A stretch of DNA of 64,000 nt from Macrostomum hystrix (Eukaryota; Animalia; Platyhelminthes): NCBI GenBank assembly GCA_950097015.1, contig CATNEN010000038.1, positions 11,222,001-11,286,000 on the forward strand, in the 5' to 3' direction. Below the pieces are notes generated by a model, which worked only from the letters and a program-made list of their open reading frames with translations, was not told where the DNA came from and searched no databases. Below, one piece after another: positions 60,901 to 64,000 of the stretch (position 1 is its first letter; each line of letters opens with the position of its first letter). Position numbers and translations under genes: made by a program.

Positions 60901-63504
60901 GTATTTATAGACGGCTTGGAACCCCTTCCTGCTCTGCCATTGGCTGGAGCCCTTCAAGCGCTCTCATTGGCTGGAAAGATTCAGGCAGGCGGAAATTCCG
61001 TGGGCGTGCCAAACTGTTATGGAAAAACCGAGGAAAAACTGGCTAAAGTTCTTACACCCTTAAGCTACCAACTAATTACTAACTAATAGAACAGAGACTA
61101 AGTTTGATTGTACCTAAAGTGTTCGACTGGCACTTATTTGGATAAAATACATCGCAGGTTTGAGATTGCCAGGGTGCTGAAGTTTCCTGGCGTCCTAAAA
61201 GCGCCCGACGCCAGAAAGTGCATGGAGAATGAAAAGTGCATGCGGCAGTACAAGAGAGTCCTGTACCAGCTGTCAGGAACAGAAGAGAGAGTGTTCATAT
61301 TCTACGGTATGAGGTGAGAAAACTATTAAAATTTAATAATCATTGAATTTGCCGATTGATTTTCCATTAGCTTCGTTGCTTTTATCTTCAACATCCAATC
61401 AATTTAGCAGCGACCTGAGAGTGCTGATTGAGATGGCCAAAAGTACAAACCTGCTGCACCTGTTTGGCAGCGAGTTCATCTGGCTAATATCGCCACCGGC
61501 TGTTGTGACAATGCTGACAGATTTGAAGAATGGATTCTCGACTGAACTGTCTCAGGTGCACCTGCCAGGGATGTTCGGTGAGATTTGGTGCAGGATTGTG
61601 CACCAAACAACTGCAAAACAATTGCATTTACAACTGCAAAAATTTGTCTAATCTCGATGCGACAGGGGTGAGATGAAACACGGAAGAGATGAAAAAGGGT
61701 GAAGATAAGGTACAGAAGAGACTATATTGGAGAGATGAGACACGGGAGAGAGACGAGACAGGAGAGGGATGAGTCACTAGACAGGTGAGACACGGGAGAG
61801 GTGAGATAGGAAAGAGATGAGACGGAGGAGAGATGAGACAGGAGAGATGCGACACGGTAAACATGGCCCAGGTTGTCGAACCTCTGTTCTAAACTTTCAA
61901 GTATTCCGCTTTCATTCTTTAACGTATTTACATTATTTGCGTCTACAGTTAATGTATTACCTAATACAAAACAAAACTACCTGTTGGCTTGAATGTGCAT
62001 CTCAGTTGCGAGTTTTCGGGATCGAGTTTTATTCGAGATCGAGATTTGAGTTTTGATCGAGAAACAAAATTTTATGATCGTTTTATATTTTGTTGTTTAC
62101 AAAAAATCTTAATTTGATCTCGGGACACAGCATTCACAACTTGCAACACCGCGCAGGGTTCTACTACTCCCAAGACCTCTTCAAGGCTGTCAGGGTGGCC
62201 GCCAACGTCTGGTACCAAGGCATGCGCCAGTTCAGGCACCAGCTGCTCAGTTCCGGCGAACACGAAGCCGACGTTGTTCAAAAGTTGCATCCGAGCTTTA
62301 ACTGCACCACGTCAGACTGGAGAGGATCTTATTGGGAGTACGGAAAACGCATTGCCAAGTTAGTTTCTACGTTTATTTGTATAGGCTGCCTTGTTGACTT
62401 GCGTGGGATACAGATTAGGAGGAAAGGGGAAGATTTGCTTGTTTTATAGCGAGAAGCCGCCAGTGCTAAATTAAAAAGCACACGACTCCATAAAACATTC
62501 GTTCTAAAAGTAGGAACTGAAATCAGAGACTTGTCTTAGAAGGAGGGCAAAGTTTCTCCTCCCAGTCCCACGTAGGCTGAGTCTTTATTAAAGCACCAAG
62601 CAGTAAACATGTTGACTGCACTTTACAACGAACAAAGAGACAAGTCACGAGACAAGAAGAACAAGGGAGAGAGAACAAAAAGAGGCTAGTGTGGGACAGA
62701 GGGGGTACATACTCAGTCCAGGCGGGGAGAGAATGTACACTCAATGTGCGCACACGGCCGGGGTGCGGGTAGGGCTGAGAGGAAACCGACAGAGCGGCAC
62801 CAGAGGGAGGCCGGCAGGGCCTTCACTCACAACAGGCACCGAGGCTACCTAGCAGATGGGGCAACTGACATCTAGCGAGACACAAACAGGCCCCTAAGCA
62901 GTGATTCACAGCATATTCAACTTGAAAATTTGATCCGCCGACCAGAATCGCCAAGTCCAGGTCCTTCTGCCACAAGTGCGACGGCAGCAGCTCCGAGACG
63001 ATCGGCTTCGACAGGAACGGCGTCATCAACAGCACCGAGTTTCTGCTGGTGAACACGCAGATTAAGAAGAACGAGATGAAGTGGTTCCCTGTGGGCAGTT
63101 GGAGCATGAGCGGTGGGCACGACACGTCGCGGCGCACCAAGTTCAGCATCGACAGCGTCGTGTGGCCCGGAAACTCAAAGACGCCGCCTCTTGGCAGGCC
63201 GCAGAAGTTTCGTCTGCGAGTGGCAACGCTGGAGGAGGACCCGTTCGTCACCTATCGGGCCCTGGAAGCTGACGGACGCTGCGGTGAGACGTCGCTGAAG
63301 TGCCGTGTTGTGATGGACAATGCTAGCGAATTTCGCTGGCCCGAGGGTGACAATGGAAACAGCTCAGAGACGGCCGAGGCCGCCCGCTACGAGTACAACT
63401 GCTGCTCGGGTCTCACAATCGACCTTCTGCGCGAGTTAATGAAGGATCTGGACTTCGATGTGGACCTTTTTGAGGTTCCCGACAAAAAGTGGGGCGGCTG
63501 GACA
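57990..63504 (+). CDS. grin2: Ionotropic glutamate receptor, NMDA GluN2-like subunit, 3' incomplete; exons 57990-58454, 60138-60340, 61158-61313, 61408(or 61411)-61577, 62157-62358, 62946-63504
   Basis: Signal peptide MVWPMLLLLLLLM; amino-terminal-domain motifs (LGIP, FRLEP...FLEEFRW, EFIWLI, LPGMFG); S1 segment VWPG...PQKFRLRVATLEEDPFV...CCSGLTIDLL...FDVDLFEVPDKKWG. Splice phases consistent. GluN2 versus GluN3 assignment is by resemblance only. Confidence 0.88.
58480..59174. repeat. 50-bp minisatellite (tgctgcgagctggagtgtgctcagttgagtatcggatgaggcacaggtga)
   Basis: 14 tandem units starting 25 bp after the exon donor. Confidence 0.97.
59795..60030. repeat. Degenerate GT-rich repeat (gtaggagtgaggtggtt)
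   Basis: Tandem ~17-bp units. Confidence 0.8.
62446..62912. mobile_element. Diverged solo-LTR-like element related to 38861-39236
   Basis: Shared blocks gccagtgctaa..aaagcac, ggggcaactgaca.ctag and ggccc.aagcagtg..tcac; minus-strand AATAAA at about 62585. Confidence 0.5.
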
Positions 63505-63697
63505 GTAAGTGGTCTTCTGTTCGGCGCAGTTAGACACTTTCAAATCGAGAATTGAGGTTCGACCCAGTGGTTATAACTTCGTACATATAAGTGTGAGACA
63601 GGATACTATTTATCCAGGAAACTTTGTATCCTTCAGGGAGACTAAAATTTAATTACTTAGGTTCACACATCTAAGAAATGTTTAGACCAATTCGAGA

Positions 63698-63812
63698 GGT
63701 GGGTGGCAGAGAAGTATTACGAGCCAGCCTCTCGCACCAAAATCCCTGAGCTTGATTCAGCGGCGAGGTCACATTCATTTGGGGCGGAGAGAAGGCTTGA
63801 GGGCTTGTTCCC
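63698..63812 (+). mobile_element. SINE family B 5' part
   Basis: gcctctcgcaccaaaatccctgagcttgattc...gcggagagaaggcttgagggcttg. Confidence 0.7.
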
Positions 63813-63934
63813 ACAGAAACCATTCCTACAGAAACTCTCGCGCCAAGGTCCCTTGATAATCCCTTCCATTCTTAGAATCCCCTTCCTTTCCTAGAATCCT
63901 CTTTATTTCCTTTAATCCCCTTCAATTTCTGTAG

Positions 63935-64000
63935 GAGGGTGAGTAGCAGAGCGGTCTAACGCGTTTGCCTCACGCACCAAGGTCCCTGAGCTCGATTCCG
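63935..64000 (+). mobile_element. SINE family B head (runs off window)
   Basis: gagtagcagagcggtctaacgcgtttgcctcacgcaccaaggtccctgagctcgattccg. Confidence 0.7.

Overview
Eukaryotic (animal) genomic DNA: GC-rich spliced exons in AT-rich introns, with roughly a third of the window in minisatellite arrays. The style suggests a free-living flatworm such as Macrostomum (inference only). Contents: (1) the 3' seven exons of a KASH-domain nuclear-envelope protein (klarsicht/nesprin-like, atypical C-terminus); (2) a two-coding-exon KIAA1614/Par6-like PDZ gene; (3) tRNA-Gln(CTG); (4) three two-exon orphan class-A 7TM GPCR paralogues (-,+,-) whose transmembrane blocks are almost nucleotide-identical while N-termini, ICL3 and C-tails are unrelated, one with a coding 15-bp minisatellite in ICL3; (5) a full-length THAP-domain P-element (31-bp TIRs, 8-bp TSD, one frameshift) in a GPCR intron; (6) a deleted Gypsy LTR retrotransposon with 4-bp TSD; (7) two solo-LTR-like elements; (8) two tRNA-derived SINE families (CORE-type and probably Nin/Deu-type) plus a chimera; (9) the 5' six coding exons of an NMDA-receptor GluN2-like gene. 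Most long ORFs in the ORF track are artefacts of tandem repeats. All family assignments come from motif recognition, not database searches.
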